A model generated the notes under the pieces. The model ran no database searches, was not told the DNA's origin, and saw only the letters and a list, made by a program, of their open reading frames with translations. The position numbers were made by a program, and so were the translations under genes. Below, one piece after another: positions 24,801 to 35,877 of a DNA stretch of 64,000 bases. This DNA comes from Euglena gracilis. Taxonomy: Eukaryota. Every line of letters begins with the position of its first letter. Positions within the stretch are counted from its first letter, which is position 1. Where the stretch lies: NCBI GenBank assembly GCA_039621445.1, contig CP154954.1, positions 36,131,703-36,195,702 on the forward strand, in the 5' to 3' direction.

Positions 24801-25003
24801 TCTACATTCCGGGAAAGGAAAACGTGGTGGCGGATGCCCTCAGCAGATGGGCATATCCTGTCTCCAAGGCATTTGCCGACATCAGCCTCCACAGGAGCGA
24901 GGAGGATGATGAGGCAATGAGGGCCATGATCGAAGAAGAACGGAGGGAAGAGCGAGAATGCAGGACACCGCACGGGGGGGGGAGGAACTCCACGTGGCGG
25001 TAA
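21563..25003 (+). CDS. pol: pol polyprotein open frame (1146 aa): Dam C-half, C5-cytosine MTase, aspartic protease, reverse transcriptase, RNase H
   Basis: NPPY; LDLFCGTG, GVPCTEFS, WLENT; ALIDTGAEV (D at 22745); LDLKDAFHQV; YVDD (23954-23965); LRVDAN..VGA, E..AII, TDHKSL, NVVADALSR. Confidence 0.95.
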   Translation: MWTNPPYKKIQEVLEKIRRDQAHAILVIPRWPGRRWNREASGLAVRQVTFPQGTRFFDRGEELCRGTKWPITAFFLCGHPDRCPLEEVTRRGREKKTSFGTHFSGPPPGTAAGEVNPAHLGQVGRADQPRRMLDLFCGTGSVGDVYHSLGYQVTSVDVDPRWRPDICVDVLKWNFKKQFQPGDFEVVVCGVPCTEFSLALTTRERDFKLSDRLVQRALAIIRHLRPRRWWLENTRYRYLRTRRYMAGIPHVDVDYCQYADWGYHKPTRIWGSPHVLGLRPRVCDCRTCTNLESPVPEGGRKGRHKIRLSSKHQNLPRHLKCRIPEALIRDLATAPAPEAHAAGSPEPARDPQAERGVPSVLLREVGQGASERQLLMRVQARGPDGQTHFINALIDTGAEVNLVRRGMLPSTYLLPAPKPLSLVTASGAKMEGGEREATLGLVLRREGGLGQGEGALWTAPASFYEADIHVEAIIGFPGLEENQLGVFPHLRALALRGEQMVLLRGHDAEGEQVQPAAHKKAQKRVRYLKMVEKVRALRLALPEAALGEDTEEPEWEENPLHEDEATQETVAKELLRAGREVEARAAQGVILVPEGEQVTSQRAEGLRAALRRDFEGEVLRDRIWGERIERGPLGEGKIELKPGSVAKKQRPIHLTGERHRALCDLVDEWVRDKKVEEGVPSAWSSPTFVVAKKQGKWRGVVDFRALNEATVTDAYPLPRIEDILVNQGRRYLFSVLDLKDAFHQVPLHEDYRPYTCCSTPRGSKQWCVVVMGLKNGVAIFQRVIDYTLRDVADVANPYVDDIVVGTEWCGTEEATLEAHDQDIRRVLGALQEHRLVVDKNNCRFFVREVEFCGHTLGGGKRRPAPGKLMALEKWEEPRTITALRSFLGFTNYYSSYVKEYDRYAAPLMELLKVGRVEGKKGSKKPVKFGQVEREAFTTLKQELLRGLELHTINPDQPFILRVDANDKAVGAALEQFLEPTEGMPTAVEATTRKTVPVVFCSRKLTAGQVKSWSPREKETYAIILALQKWASYIGLQPVLVLTDHKSLEAWAKETLDTPSGPAGRRGRWHELFSRFDLHVVYIPGKENVVADALSRWAYPVSKAFADISLHRSEEDDEAMRAMIEEERREERECRTPHGGGRNSTWR
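21956..22555 (+). other. C5-cytosine DNA methyltransferase domain within pol (copy A)
   Basis: Motif I LDLFCGTG, motif IV PC, motif VI EN(T/P), then DYCQY..KPTRIW and a C-terminal RIP. Confidence 0.9.
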
Positions 25004-25599
25004 CAACACGCAGTGGGAGAGACACAGCAGCACAGCACAGACCTGGCCCCAGCCCCACAGAGGGGGAGGGGGCTGAGGATTCAGTGCCAGGTGGCTTTGG
25101 CCCTGACCCCACAGGGGGGGGGGCCTGTGGACGCCCCCTCGGGAGATTCAGGTCCCATCCTCATGGGAGGGGAGGGACCTGGGGTACCTGGGTTGGACAC
25201 GCGGGAGACACGAGGTTCCCCACGTGCCGATCTTTTCGTGGATGAATTCGGGAATGAACAGCCGGCAAGAAGGGGGGGACCTGAGGAACACCGACCGGGG
25301 CGAAGAGTTCTGAGTGAGGACCTGCAGTCGACCCACCCCATCGATGATCTCCATGGGGGGGACCTCGGGGAACCTGTGGGGGAACCAATTTCACTTTCTC
25401 CAGACACGGGGGTGCACACCCAGGAGGAGGTGCAGGAGGATCCCTCCATCCCAGTGATGGACAGGGATTGGTCTCGGGCATACGGGAGGTGCCCGGTGTG
25501 GGGGCCTGTTTATGCAAGTGTGCAGGCCCCTGCGGGAGATTGGCCCGAGGGAGTCCGTTTGTACGGGGACAAAATGTACATGGACGGGCTCCTGTGTGA

Positions 25600-26700
25600 C
25601 CAGCCTGATGGGGCTGGTTGTGCGGGCCCACCACGGGGACGCGGGCCACCCAGGTGCCTCAAGGCTATGGCACCAGATGGGGCGGTGGTATAGGTTCGCA
25701 GATCCAAGGGGGGCAGAGAAAATCACCCAAGGCATCCAGCGGCAATGTGAAATCTGCCAAGCCTGTGACCCCTCTCGAGCACCTTTCAAGTGTGCTCTCG
25801 AAGCCACCCCTGTGCCACCGTTCCTCATGGAAAGCGTGGCAGTGGACCTGTTCGCCATGCCTGAGGTGACCCACGAGGGCCAGGTGTATGATTATCTGGC
25901 CCTGTGCGTGGACCGTGAGAGTGGGTGGACAGTGGCCACCAACCACAAGTACAAGGGCCTGACAGCTGAGGTGGTGGCCAAGGCCATGTTCCACCAATGG
26001 GACATGTTCGGGGTGCCCTCTGTGGTGACCTCGGACCGTGGCCCCCACTTTGCTTCGGGTTGGTGACAAACAATGTGTGCCGGCATGGGGGTGAGGCGTG
26101 CCTACGGGCAGGCCTACCACCTCCGGGCCAACGGTCGGGCAGAGGTGGCAGGCCAACGGGTGATGAACACCCTGCCCAAGCTCATCGCTGACCTGTCGGA
26201 GAAGGAGGCCTCATGGGTGGTGCTCTTACCCAAGGCCCTCCGACACCTGCACGATGTGCCAGGGGAGTCCGGCTTGTCGCCCTGGGAGGTGATCTTCGGG
26301 CGGCACCGGCCACTCCAAGGCCTGCCCCACCAGCCCCCACGAGAGGCCGAGGGGGCAGCCGACTTCATGGCACGGATGCGGGCTATGGACGAGAAGGTGG
26401 CCTCAACCTTGAATGCCTTGCACGCCAAACAGTGGGCTTCCATCAACGCCAAGAGAAGGGACCCACCTCCCCTGGAGGTCGGTGCCAAGGTGTGGTACCG
26501 TCCCGAGACACAGCCGGGCACGGACAAGTTGGCCACCAAGTGGAAAAGGGGGACTGTTGTGGCCCGCCGGGGTCGCCACTCATATGTGGTGGAGCTGGCC
26601 CCAGGGGCCCGCCAAGAGACACACCGGAGCCAACTCAAGCTCCACGCGGCGGACGAGTTCTCCACCGACCCCCTCCCACTGTTCTATTTCAATGACAAGG
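25600..26700 (+). pseudogene. integrase (HHCC zinc finger + DDE core), frameshift ~25597 and stop at 26064
   Basis: AHHGDAGHPG...CEICQ; SVAVDLF; VTSDRGPHF; ANGRAE. Confidence 0.92.
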
Positions 26701-26719
26701 CGGCCCCCTGGAGGTGGGA

Positions 26720-26880
26720 CCGGATGAGTGGGTGGTGGAGGAGATTGTGGGCAGCCGGAGACACTCGGAAACGGGAGCCCCAGAATTTCAGGTGAGGTGG
26801 AAAAATTGGGATCCGACGGATCTCCAATGGCTGCCATGGTCAGATTACTTCCCCTCCTACAACGAGGATGTGGTGGATTA
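26720..26880 (+). other. chromodomain at the integrase C-terminus
   Basis: DEWVVEEIVGSRR...EFQVRWKNWDPTDLQWLP matches the chromodomain consensus, with aromatic residues retained. Confidence 0.85.
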
Positions 26881-29212
26881 TTGTGCAGCCAAGGGGATTC
26901 CGTTGGAGGTGGTGGGACTTCTCCGCCCCGGGAAGAGGGGGGGCGGGCACGGGGTCAATAAGGGGGGAGAGGGGCAGGAGGTGGAGGCGAGGGGACGGCG
27001 GGTGCGGAGTTTGTGGTGGTGGCGGTGCACACGCACATCCTTCGCTCTTGTGCGTAGGATGCAGCGCTACGAGCCCCGTCGTCCCTACGTCCCTGGACAT
27101 CTCCCCGTCGCCCCCCCGCCACCATCGGCCGCCGAGGCGGAGGCCGCCCTCCTCACCCTCTTGCCCGCCCCAAGCGCCCCCGCCTGGACACACCCGCGGA
27201 ACCTCCCCAGCCGGCTGACTCCCCCCGACCACCGTCCCCCACACGCCCGGAGGACCTCCGCTCCCTGCTGGTCTACCTCGAGGGGCTGGCGGCGGAGGTG
27301 GAGCACCTCCGGAGCGTGGTGGGGCGGTTGGTGGGCGAGGGAGCGCCGCAGCGGGTGGATGCGGAGGTGCAAGCGGAGGCGCCTGGCGAAGGGGACGACC
27401 AGGGGAGCGAGGAGGAGGCAAGCGAGTCGGCGTCATTGGACCTCCTCGCCGCGGCTGCCACGGCCGGGGACCCCGAGGCCGAGGACGCCGAAGGGGACCA
27501 GGTCGGGGAGCCCGGCGGGGTGCTCCAACTGCTGCTCGCGGAGTTCGAGCCCTTGTGGCCCGGCTCCGATGAGGACCCCTAAGCCCCCCCCCCCCGCCGA
27601 CCCAGACGTAGCCTGGGCCGGCTTACCTGTGGAGGCTAGCCCACCGGGGGGGGGGGGGCAGAAAATGGGGTTGGTGCGGAAAACCTTGGAGGGACCGAGC
27701 TGATTTCCTTTGTTTGTTGTTGTTGTTGTGTTTCGCAGGTTCAATCTCAATTTCAATTTCAGCGAAGTCAACCCCACAGTGCCCCTTGGCTACGGGCAAG
27801 GGGGCCAGGAGGGGCGACGGGACGCCCGGGTGGGGCGAGGAGGCCACAGGAGCACACCGGGGGGGGGGGTCCCAAGGGTTGAGGGGGCCCACAGCCCCCC
27901 CAAGGCTGGCCTCGCCCACCACCCGCGGCCCACATAGCGCCCCGAGGGGCAAGCGCCCAACGAGATGAGGCGCCCCACGCGCCGCACGTGCACCACACCG
28001 CACGGTGCGGTGCCCGAGGGGCCCACAGGGGGTCCACAGGCGCCTGCGGGCCCGAGGGCCCACAGGGCCACGGAGGCCCAACGGGTGCCTCGAGCGCCCG
28101 GGTGTGCATTATTCTTTTTCCATTTTTTTTGAGCCCTTCAAGTGTTCGGTCGATCTCCATTTCATTTTCGTGTTGCGTTGTCATTAGGCGGTGGGGGTGC
28201 CCCATGGCCGAGTTGGCTCCGGGGGGGGGGCACCTGCCAATTTTGTTCAATTTTTGATGGTTGGCCACACCCCTCTTCGGCCCACCGTGCCGAGGGAGGG
28301 GGGGGGCGCCTGCCAATTCTTCCCGATTTTGACGGTTGGCTACCCCCCTCATCGGCCCACCGTGCCGAAGGAGGGGGGGGGGCGCCTGCCAATTTTTGAC
28401 CGATTTTTTTTGCGGTCGTCCACACCCCTCCTCGGCCCACCATGCCGGGGGGGGGCCCTGCCGCTTTTCCACCAATTTAAAAAGAAAAATACACCCCGTC
28501 GGCCAATTTTTGAAGCTAACGACGCAGGGGGGGGGCAAGCGCCAACCCCCCTCCACACCGGAGAGAGCGGGGGGGGGCAGCCCCCCCCCTCAAGGGGCCC
28601 CAGCCAAGGCGGCCCGGCTCACAACGCGGGGGGGCGGGGGCAGCCCCGACTCCCTCCACGGGGGGGGGGGCAGCCCCCTCCTCCAAGGAACGGGCCCCAC
28701 CCACGGCGCCTCCCCGGCGCCCCCTCCAGCACGCACCCCTGCCAAGCCCCCGGGGGCCTTTGGCCCCGGGAAACCGGGCAAGGCGGGGCGGCCCTTCTGG
28801 GTTGGTCAAATGTTTCCTTCTCAACATGCAGGAGCTTTCCACCCCGGGCCAAGCGGGGCCAGGGGGGGGGGAATCACAATTACACATTGGCATCGAGTGT
28901 TTCGGGGGGGGGGGACGGGCAGTCCGGCCCTACCCAATGGCCAAGAAGGCTCACGGGACCGGAGGGGGAGCAGAGGGGCCCCAAGCGGTGCCTCCCTGGG
29001 TCACGAGCCCGGAGGCGCCCGTCCCTCTTCTCGCCCCTCCCCTGTACCCCCTCTCCGACAACACACGCCGCACACGGCACGTGGCACCACCGCTTGTGCG
29101 TTTCAACAAGAAAAAAATACAAATTTTTTCCGAGGCCGGAAAGCAAAAAGGGGAGGGGGCGGCACCTCGGACCGGCAAAGGAGTCGAATTTAAATGGCAC
29201 GGCAATTTTTTT

Positions 29213-29223
29213 GAGGAGGGGAG
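29213..29223 (+). promoter_or_regulatory. polypurine tract, copy A
   Basis: gaggaggggag immediately before the 3' LTR. Confidence 0.85.
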
Positions 29224-29895
29224 TGTGCGCGGTCCGAGGGTGCCCGCCCCAAGGAGGGGTCCCAAGGGGGCCCAAAGGGGCCACGAAGGGCCGCGAGGGG
29301 GCTCCAAGGCCCCCAAGGGCCTTTTGAGGCCCCACTGGCCCCCAAGGGGGCCCCGCGGCCCATTTTGAGCAAGCCAAGGGAAGGTAAAGGAGAGGGCAGT
29401 TTGAGGGGGCCAACAGGCAACCCCCAAGGGGATGCGCAAGCCCTGCTGGGCTTTGCGCAAGCATGCGCACCCCCTTGGTGGGCGCTTGGGATGGCGCAAT
29501 TCATTAATAATTGCGCAGAGTATACCAAGTAGCCCCCACCAGCTGTAGCCCCCCTCCAATTGTACATTTTCTGTGCAGGGCTCTGTTCACATACTGTTTA
29601 TTGTTTGGCATTCAATTGTGTTTTTGCATTTGGGAATCAACAAACTATCAAACAAGTTCAAACAAACAAGTCCAAGTCATTGACCAGATTATTCATTCAA
29701 GTTCAATTGAGTGGACCCCAAAAGTATGTATTTTCCCAATTCTGCAGCTTCACCCACACCAACACCAACCCCTACCCCACTTTTTCACCAAGGGGAAAAC
29801 CCTGTGGGCCCGACGGGCTCAAATTTAAACGATCCTACGCGGGTTGCGCCGCCAGGGGTCCCTTCACAGGGACCTCAGGAGGGGCAACCCCTACA
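29224..29895 (+). repeat. 3' LTR of Gypsy copy A
   Basis: Direct repeat of 17050-17719. Confidence 0.96.
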
Positions 29896-30172
29896 GGATG
29901 GCCGACCTCTAGCCGGGGCAGAGCGCTCGTTTTTGGAGCGCCGGCGCAGCGGATTTCGGCCAAAAACGTCCGAAAAATGACGGATTTTTGGGCTTACGTT
30001 ACCAACGTGCTATTTTGCGCCTCCCGGACGGTAACTGCTGCGTTTTGCGCACGCCCGGCGCGGGCAAAATTGCGCCGGTCCGCCCGCCGCCCTTCGCCAC
30101 AGTTGGTTAAAGGTTCGCCGACCTCTAGCCGGGGCAGAGCGCTCGTTTTTGGAGCGCCGGCGCAGCGGATTT
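29896..30172 (-). repeat. 216-bp satellite, subfamily I
   Basis: About 1.3 monomers between two LTR elements. Confidence 0.95.
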
Positions 30173-33027
30173 TGTGAGGGGGCGCTGCTGAAGTAAAATT
30201 TTTCTGAGGGTCAATCCTATTAAGAATTGGGAATCCCAGTTTTCAGCTGTATTTTTATCTGACCTTACCCTCTGTTCTGTAGCTCACAACTGTCTTGAGT
30301 TGATTGCCAATGGCTTGGATGTCTTATCTTTATTGCTTGGTTTGAAGTTGGAAGTAGACACTCAAGAGTGGGGATATGGAAGCGCCAGGAGGAAAATCAG
30401 GAAAATTGATGAATTGGATAAGGAAAAGTTCAAGAACCACCCAGGGGCGACGGGGTTGCAGGGAATCAGGGATGGCGGCCCCGGTGGTCCCCTCTCACAA
30501 TCAACTCAATTGTTGTGTCATTGGTCACATGCCTAAAGTCCAGATGGAAGGTCAAGAAAAGAAAGACCAAGAAGAAGGTAAGACATTATCGCCGGCACAC
30601 GCTCAGACAGAGGTGTGTGAGTCATTGGAAGAAGAAGTACAAGATGAATTTTCAGTTTTACATTACATTTTGGGAAGTGACGTGGAAGATGAGATGTCAT
30701 TGGAACCCATCCCCACCTGTGCACCGGCCGAAGCACAGGTGACCCCAATACCCAGTACATCCAGCATGTCGGAATTCACCACGCCAGCACCAGGTTCAAC
30801 ATGTCCAATGACGGGGTGGTCAACCCCAAATTCAATTGCATCACTGGCCGTGGACCCAGAGGCACTGGGGACTGCAGCTACCCCAGCTGCCATTGCCCCA
30901 CCGGCCGGGAGGACACCATCTTGTTCACATGGCAAGGCCCCCGCCTGTGCTTCGGCCGGCGGATGGGCCGATCCAGCCCCGTCATTGGCTGATGACAAGG
31001 GTGGTTTTTCAGGGTTAACAATTGATGACCTGGGTGATTCTGCGGCTTTTCCATTTGTTTGGGAAGGATATCGTAATTAAAATGTGCTGTGTTCAAATGA
31101 TTTCAGTTTTGGAAGTTCTGCCTGTGTCTCGACCGGCAGAAAAACTTCGCAGGGTAGTGCTGCGGCCACCCCTTTTTGGTGGAGTCCTTTGGCCAAAATG
31201 TCCAAGACGGACAAAAGGAAATTGCGGAAAGCCAAATTACAATATTTTGTTTATGGTCACACTGCTGCACTTCCGCAATAATGTTGTTTGTTGTGTGCTG
31301 TTGTTGCTGTTGATTCGTTGGCCGCACGTTGCAGATTCCCCATTTTATTTATGTTTACAGGTTGTTTCATACCCCAGTGGGCTTCGGCCCTGGGGTGGGG
31401 GGGCAGATTGCCAGCCCCCGCACAGGTTTTTTGCATACCCCAGTGGGCTTCGGCCCTGGGGTTGGGGGGGACGATTACCATCCCCCGGACAGGTTTTTCA
31501 CACACCCCAGTGGGCTCCGGCCCTGGGGTGGAGGGGGGGGCAGGTTTGGCCCCCGGGCAATCTTTTTCAGTTCCAGTGGGCTTCGGCCCTGGACAAGGGA
31601 TCAGGATTTTCTCATGATTTCGAATTTGCCTGTTTAACAGCAATGTGTTTTGGCTTTCCTGGTTCAACAGACTTGGTGGAACGCCACAGGCACCACGGTT
31701 GTCCCGCGACCCTTGGACAGTTTTTTTCATTCCCTGGTGGGCTTCGGCCTCGGACTGGGGAGGGGAGGGTACAGCGGTTTGTTGACCCCTGGACAGTTTT
31801 TTACTCCCTGGTGGTCACTCGCCTCGGACTGGGGAGGGGGAGGGTACAGCGGTTTGCTGACCCCCGGACAGTTTTGTACTCCCTCGTGGGCACTCGTCCC
31901 GGACTGGGGAGGGGGGGGGAACAGCGGTTTGCTGAACCCTGTACACATTTTTGTCCCAGTGAGCTGCTGCCCTGGGGGGGGGAACGGCGGTTTGCTGACC
32001 CCCGGACAGGCAGATTTTATTGTTTGTTGTTTGTTTGGTTTGTTTCCCTGGGGAGTGTGTTTCGACCCTCCCAGCGGAAAGGCAGGGCCGGTAGTGCCTT
32101 GCGTGCCGGAGGGACGGAACACCAAGAAGGTACTGCCCTCAGGTTATTCCTTATTGTTTTGCTGTACAATTGCACTTGCAACGCTCTGCCTCAGAATGTT
32201 ATGGGGTAGACACAGTCGTCTTTTGAAGGAACCATCGACTGAAAGATTGCATATTTTTGAATCGGTTTCAGATTTTGTTGTGTTTGTTGATCACTCCAGG
32301 AAAGTGACCCCCCAGTGGGCTTAGGCCCTGGGGGGCGGGGGGGGCAGAAGAGTCAGCCCCAGGGTTTCTGACCCCAGAGTGCCACGGCCCTGGGGGGGGG
32401 GCAGATTTTTCGGAAAAATCGCCCCACAGATGTTTCGGGCAGCACCCCTGTGAGATTCGACCCGGGGGGGGGTGACGTTTCGAAAAGAAAAAAAAAACGC
32501 TGCACAGATTTTTCGCAAAAATTTTCGCCCCCTGAGAGTCACGACCCAGGGAGGAATTTACGGTTCGGACCCCCCCCGAAAGGGGTGATGAACACCAATG
32601 TAAATATGAGCCCAGGGTTGTTTTTTGACCCTCTTTCAGCATCGCCCCCAGTGAGCTACGTATGTGTTTCGGCTCCTGGGAGCCGTTTTGAGATGGGGGG
32701 TGTGAGGGGGCGCTGCTGAAGTAAAATTCTTCTGAGGGTGAATCCTATTAAGAATTGGGAATCCCAGTTTTCAGCTGTATTTTTATCTGACCTTACCCTC
32801 TGTTCTGTAGCTCACAACTGTCTTAAGTTGATTGCCAATGGCTTGGATGTCTTATCTTTCTTGCTTGGTTTGAAGTTGGAAGTAGACACTCAAGAGTGGG
32901 GATATGGAAGCGCCAGGGGGAATATCAGGAAAATTGATGAATTGGATAAGGAAAAGTTCAAGAACCACCCAGGGGCGCCGGGGTCGCAGGGAACCAGGGA
33001 TGGCGACACCGGTGGTCCCCTCTCACG
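30173..33027 (+). mobile_element. non-autonomous LTR element (327-bp LTRs 30173-30499 and 32701-33027, 4-bp TSD ATTT)
   Basis: tgtgaggggg...ctctcac(a/g) direct repeats; ATTT at 30169-30172 and 33028-33031; PPT gagatgggggg at 32690-32700; no RT or IN motifs. Confidence 0.92.
31365..32010. repeat. degenerate ~60-70-bp tandem repeats inside the non-autonomous element
   Basis: cccagtgggcttcggccctgg recurs at ~31373, 31438, 31506 and 31573. ggactgggga...cagcggtttg(t/c)tga recurs 3-4 times in 31752-32010. Confidence 0.75.
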
Positions 33028-33536
33028 ATTTGGCCAAAAACGCAAGGAAAATGACTTTTTATGGGGCGTCCGTTACCAACGTGCTATTTTGCGCCTCCCA
33101 GACGGTAACTGCTGCGCTTCTTGCGCACGCCCGGCGCGGGCAAAATTGCGCCTGTCCGCCCGCCGCCCTTCGCAACAGTTAGTTAAAGGATCGCCGTCCT
33201 CTAGCCGGGGCAGAGCGCTCTTTTTTGGAGCGCCGGCGCAGCGGATTTTGGCCAAAAACGGCCGAAAAATGACGTTTTTGGGGCTTCTGTTACCAACGTG
33301 CTATTTTGCGCCTTCCGGACGGTAACTGCTGCGTTTTGTGCACGCCCGGCGCGGGCAAAATTGCGCCTGTCCGCCCGCCGCCCTTCGCCACAGTTAGTTA
33401 AAGGATCGCCGACCTCTAGCCGGGGCAGAGCGCTCGTTTTTGGAGCGCCGGCGCAGCGGATTTTGCCCAAAAACGGCCGAAAAATGACGTTTTTTGGGGC
33501 GTCCGTTACCAACGTGCTATTTTGCGCCTCCCGGAC
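33028..33536 (-). repeat. 216-bp satellite, subfamily I
   Basis: Monomer resumes in register, then breaks at ccggac|acgc. Confidence 0.95.
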
Positions 33537-34439
33537 ACGCGCCTGAGCCGCAGCAAAGCTCCGCCCCCCAAAGGCAAGACCATCGGCCACAGCCGTGGTG
33601 GCACCGGGAAGTGGATGCAGAGTGGGATGGTGTGGAAGAAGAAGAGGAAGAAGCTGTCTGGCAAGTGGGCAAGGGAAACAAACGGCAAGATAGGAGGCCC
33701 CCGACACCTCCAAAGCTGTCTGAGAAGAAGGAAGAGCAACCGACAAGCACGGTGCAACCCGGACCACAGCCCACCCAAAGTTCACCGTCACTGCCACCGG
33801 CGGTGCATCATCGGGACAGTGGCAGAATGCCCTGTACCAAGGCGGAGCGTCGTGGAACAACTCATGGGATGCCAAAGGCAAAGGAAAAGGCAACCCACAA
33901 TGGTCAAAAGGAGGAGATGGCAAAGCTGGTGGACAAGACAAGGGTGGCAAAGGCAAAGGCGATGAGAAAAACAAGAGCAAAGGGAAGGGAGATGGAAAAG
34001 GCAAAGGAGGAAAAGACGCCGGCCGAGGGAGGAGTGTCGCCGCAGTGCAGGAGTGGGAGGGGTGAAGGGGCCGCCCAGGCCCCAGGGGAGGAGGCCTGGA
34101 CAGGCAGTCAAAACCCCGAGCCGGAGACCGGCATGATGAAGTGCACGAGGTGAGAACCGTGCAGGTGTGCTCCACCACCCTGTCCAGGCATCGAGAGGAG
34201 GAAGGATGGCAGGTGGTGGAGAAAAAGAAACGAAACCGCAAGCCAAGACAATCACCTCCGATGACACAACCCGACAAGGGTCAAGGCACAAAGGGAAGGA
34301 AGGAAGAAGAAGGGGAGAGATCCACGCCAATGCCAAGGAAATGGCAAAGATCGACGACAACAAACAACAACCACTCCAAGGGAAAAGTAAGTAAGCAGGA
34401 AACAACAACCTCATCACGACAACAACCTCAAGGGTCAGC

Positions 34440-35870
34440 ATCTACCACACAACACCCTCCCCGCGACACCAACCGGCATCCACAACAAGAAAAGCAACAC
34501 CTACCCCAAAGAAAGCAACATCCACTGCGCGACGCCGACCTGCATCCACCACAAGAAGAGCACCCAAAAAGCCTGACAGCCATGCAACAGCCCGACAACA
34601 AGCCACCAGAAACCCGGCAGCCCCCCCACGAGCATCATCCGCCACAAGAACCGTCATCCCCACCCCAACATCCCCACCATCAACAGCTCCCACCAGAACG
34701 CTCCTCTAACCCGCTGCAGCCACCCCACGAGCGTCATCCGCCACAGGAACCGCCATCTCCACCCCAGCATCTCCACCATCGACATCTCCCACCGGAACGG
34801 ACATGTAACCCGCAGCAGCCACCCCACGAGTGTAATCGTCCACAAGAACCGTCATCCACACCCCAACATCCCCTCCAACGACATCTCCCACCAGAACGGA
34901 CATCCGAATCCCGACCCCGACTGCAGCCGCCGCCACTAGAACCGACACCGTCGTCCAAGCTGCATCCTCCCCAGCGACCACTCCCACCAGAACCTTCATC
35001 TTCAGTGCAACAACTACCTCGACAGAAGCTACCCCACAAACCCGCATCATCATCAGAGCGACATCTACTCCAACGTCAACATCCACCAGAACCTTCATCT
35101 TCTCCACAGCATCCACCATCGCCGCTGCCGCCACGAGAACCGACTCCATCATCTAAGCCACATCCACACCAACCGCAACTCCCACGAGAACCTTCATCCA
35201 CGTCACGACATCCGTCGTCGCAGCCGCTGCCACGAGAACTGTCTTCATCTTTGCAGCGACATCCACCCCAACATTATCGTCCACAAGAACCTTCATCTTC
35301 TTCGCGACACCCACTTTCGTGGCTGCCACCACGAGAACCGTCTCCGTCATCTCAGCGACACCCACACCAACTTCATCGCCCACAGGAACCGTTCTCTCCT
35401 CCGCAACATCCACAATCGCTACAACCCCCACAAGAACTGATTTCGTCATCTCAACAGCATCCACATCAACCACAACTCCCACCAGGACCGTCATCAGCAT
35501 CACCGCGACAGCTGCCTCTGGAACCGTCATTAAGGCGACATCCTCATCAATGATATCACCCACGGGAACCGTCATCTACTTCGCAACATCCACTGCCACT
35601 ACAGCCGCCACTCGAACAGACATCATCATCACAAGGAAATACCCACCAAACACCTCCCCCACAAGAACGTTCATTTTCGTCTCAACATCCACCTCAACAA
35701 CAACCTCCACCGGAACCGACTTCTTCATTGCCGCATTCCCACCAACAACACCAACCACCAAGCGATTCCTAGCATCAACCACAACCGCCTCAAGAAGGAT
35801 CAAGGCAACATCTACCACAAGAATCACCGCATCCACATCCAACATCCAGCAACATCGCCCAAGCCACATC
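34440..35870 (+). repeat. degenerate ~60-bp coding-like repeats (PPQEPSSPPQHP-type units)
   Basis: cca(c/r)aagaacc(g/t)tcatc recurs about every 60 bp. ORF 34141-35553 is P/Q/H/S-rich. Confidence 0.7.
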
Positions 35871-35877
35871 CACATCC

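Larger units (their letters stand above)
17050..29895 (+). mobile_element. full-length Ty3/Gypsy chromovirus-like LTR retrotransposon, copy A, carrying two DNA methyltransferase domains (4-bp TSD GGAT)
   Basis: LTRs 17050-17719 and 29224-29895 (TG..CA); GGAT at 17046-17049 and 29896-29899; PBS, PPT, gag zinc knuckles; domain order PR-RT-RH-IN-chromo. Confidence 0.97.

Noticed and set aside
23801-25033. 410-aa antisense ORF also open in copy B (54739-55971)
   Set aside because: Shadow of GC-rich pol codon usage, with no independent evidence.
27700-29200. Overlapping ORFs in the Gypsy 3' region
   Set aside because: Low-complexity G/C runs, and the frames are not conserved between copies A and B.
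17050-29895. DIRS element (because of the Dam-like domain)
   Set aside because: It has direct LTRs, a 4-bp TSD, an aspartic protease and a DDE integrase, and no tyrosine recombinase.
30376-32324. ORFs of 224-395 aa in the non-autonomous element
   Set aside because: No motifs, they overlap tandem repeats, and they mostly use non-ATG starts. A decayed gag remnant at 30529-31080 cannot be excluded.
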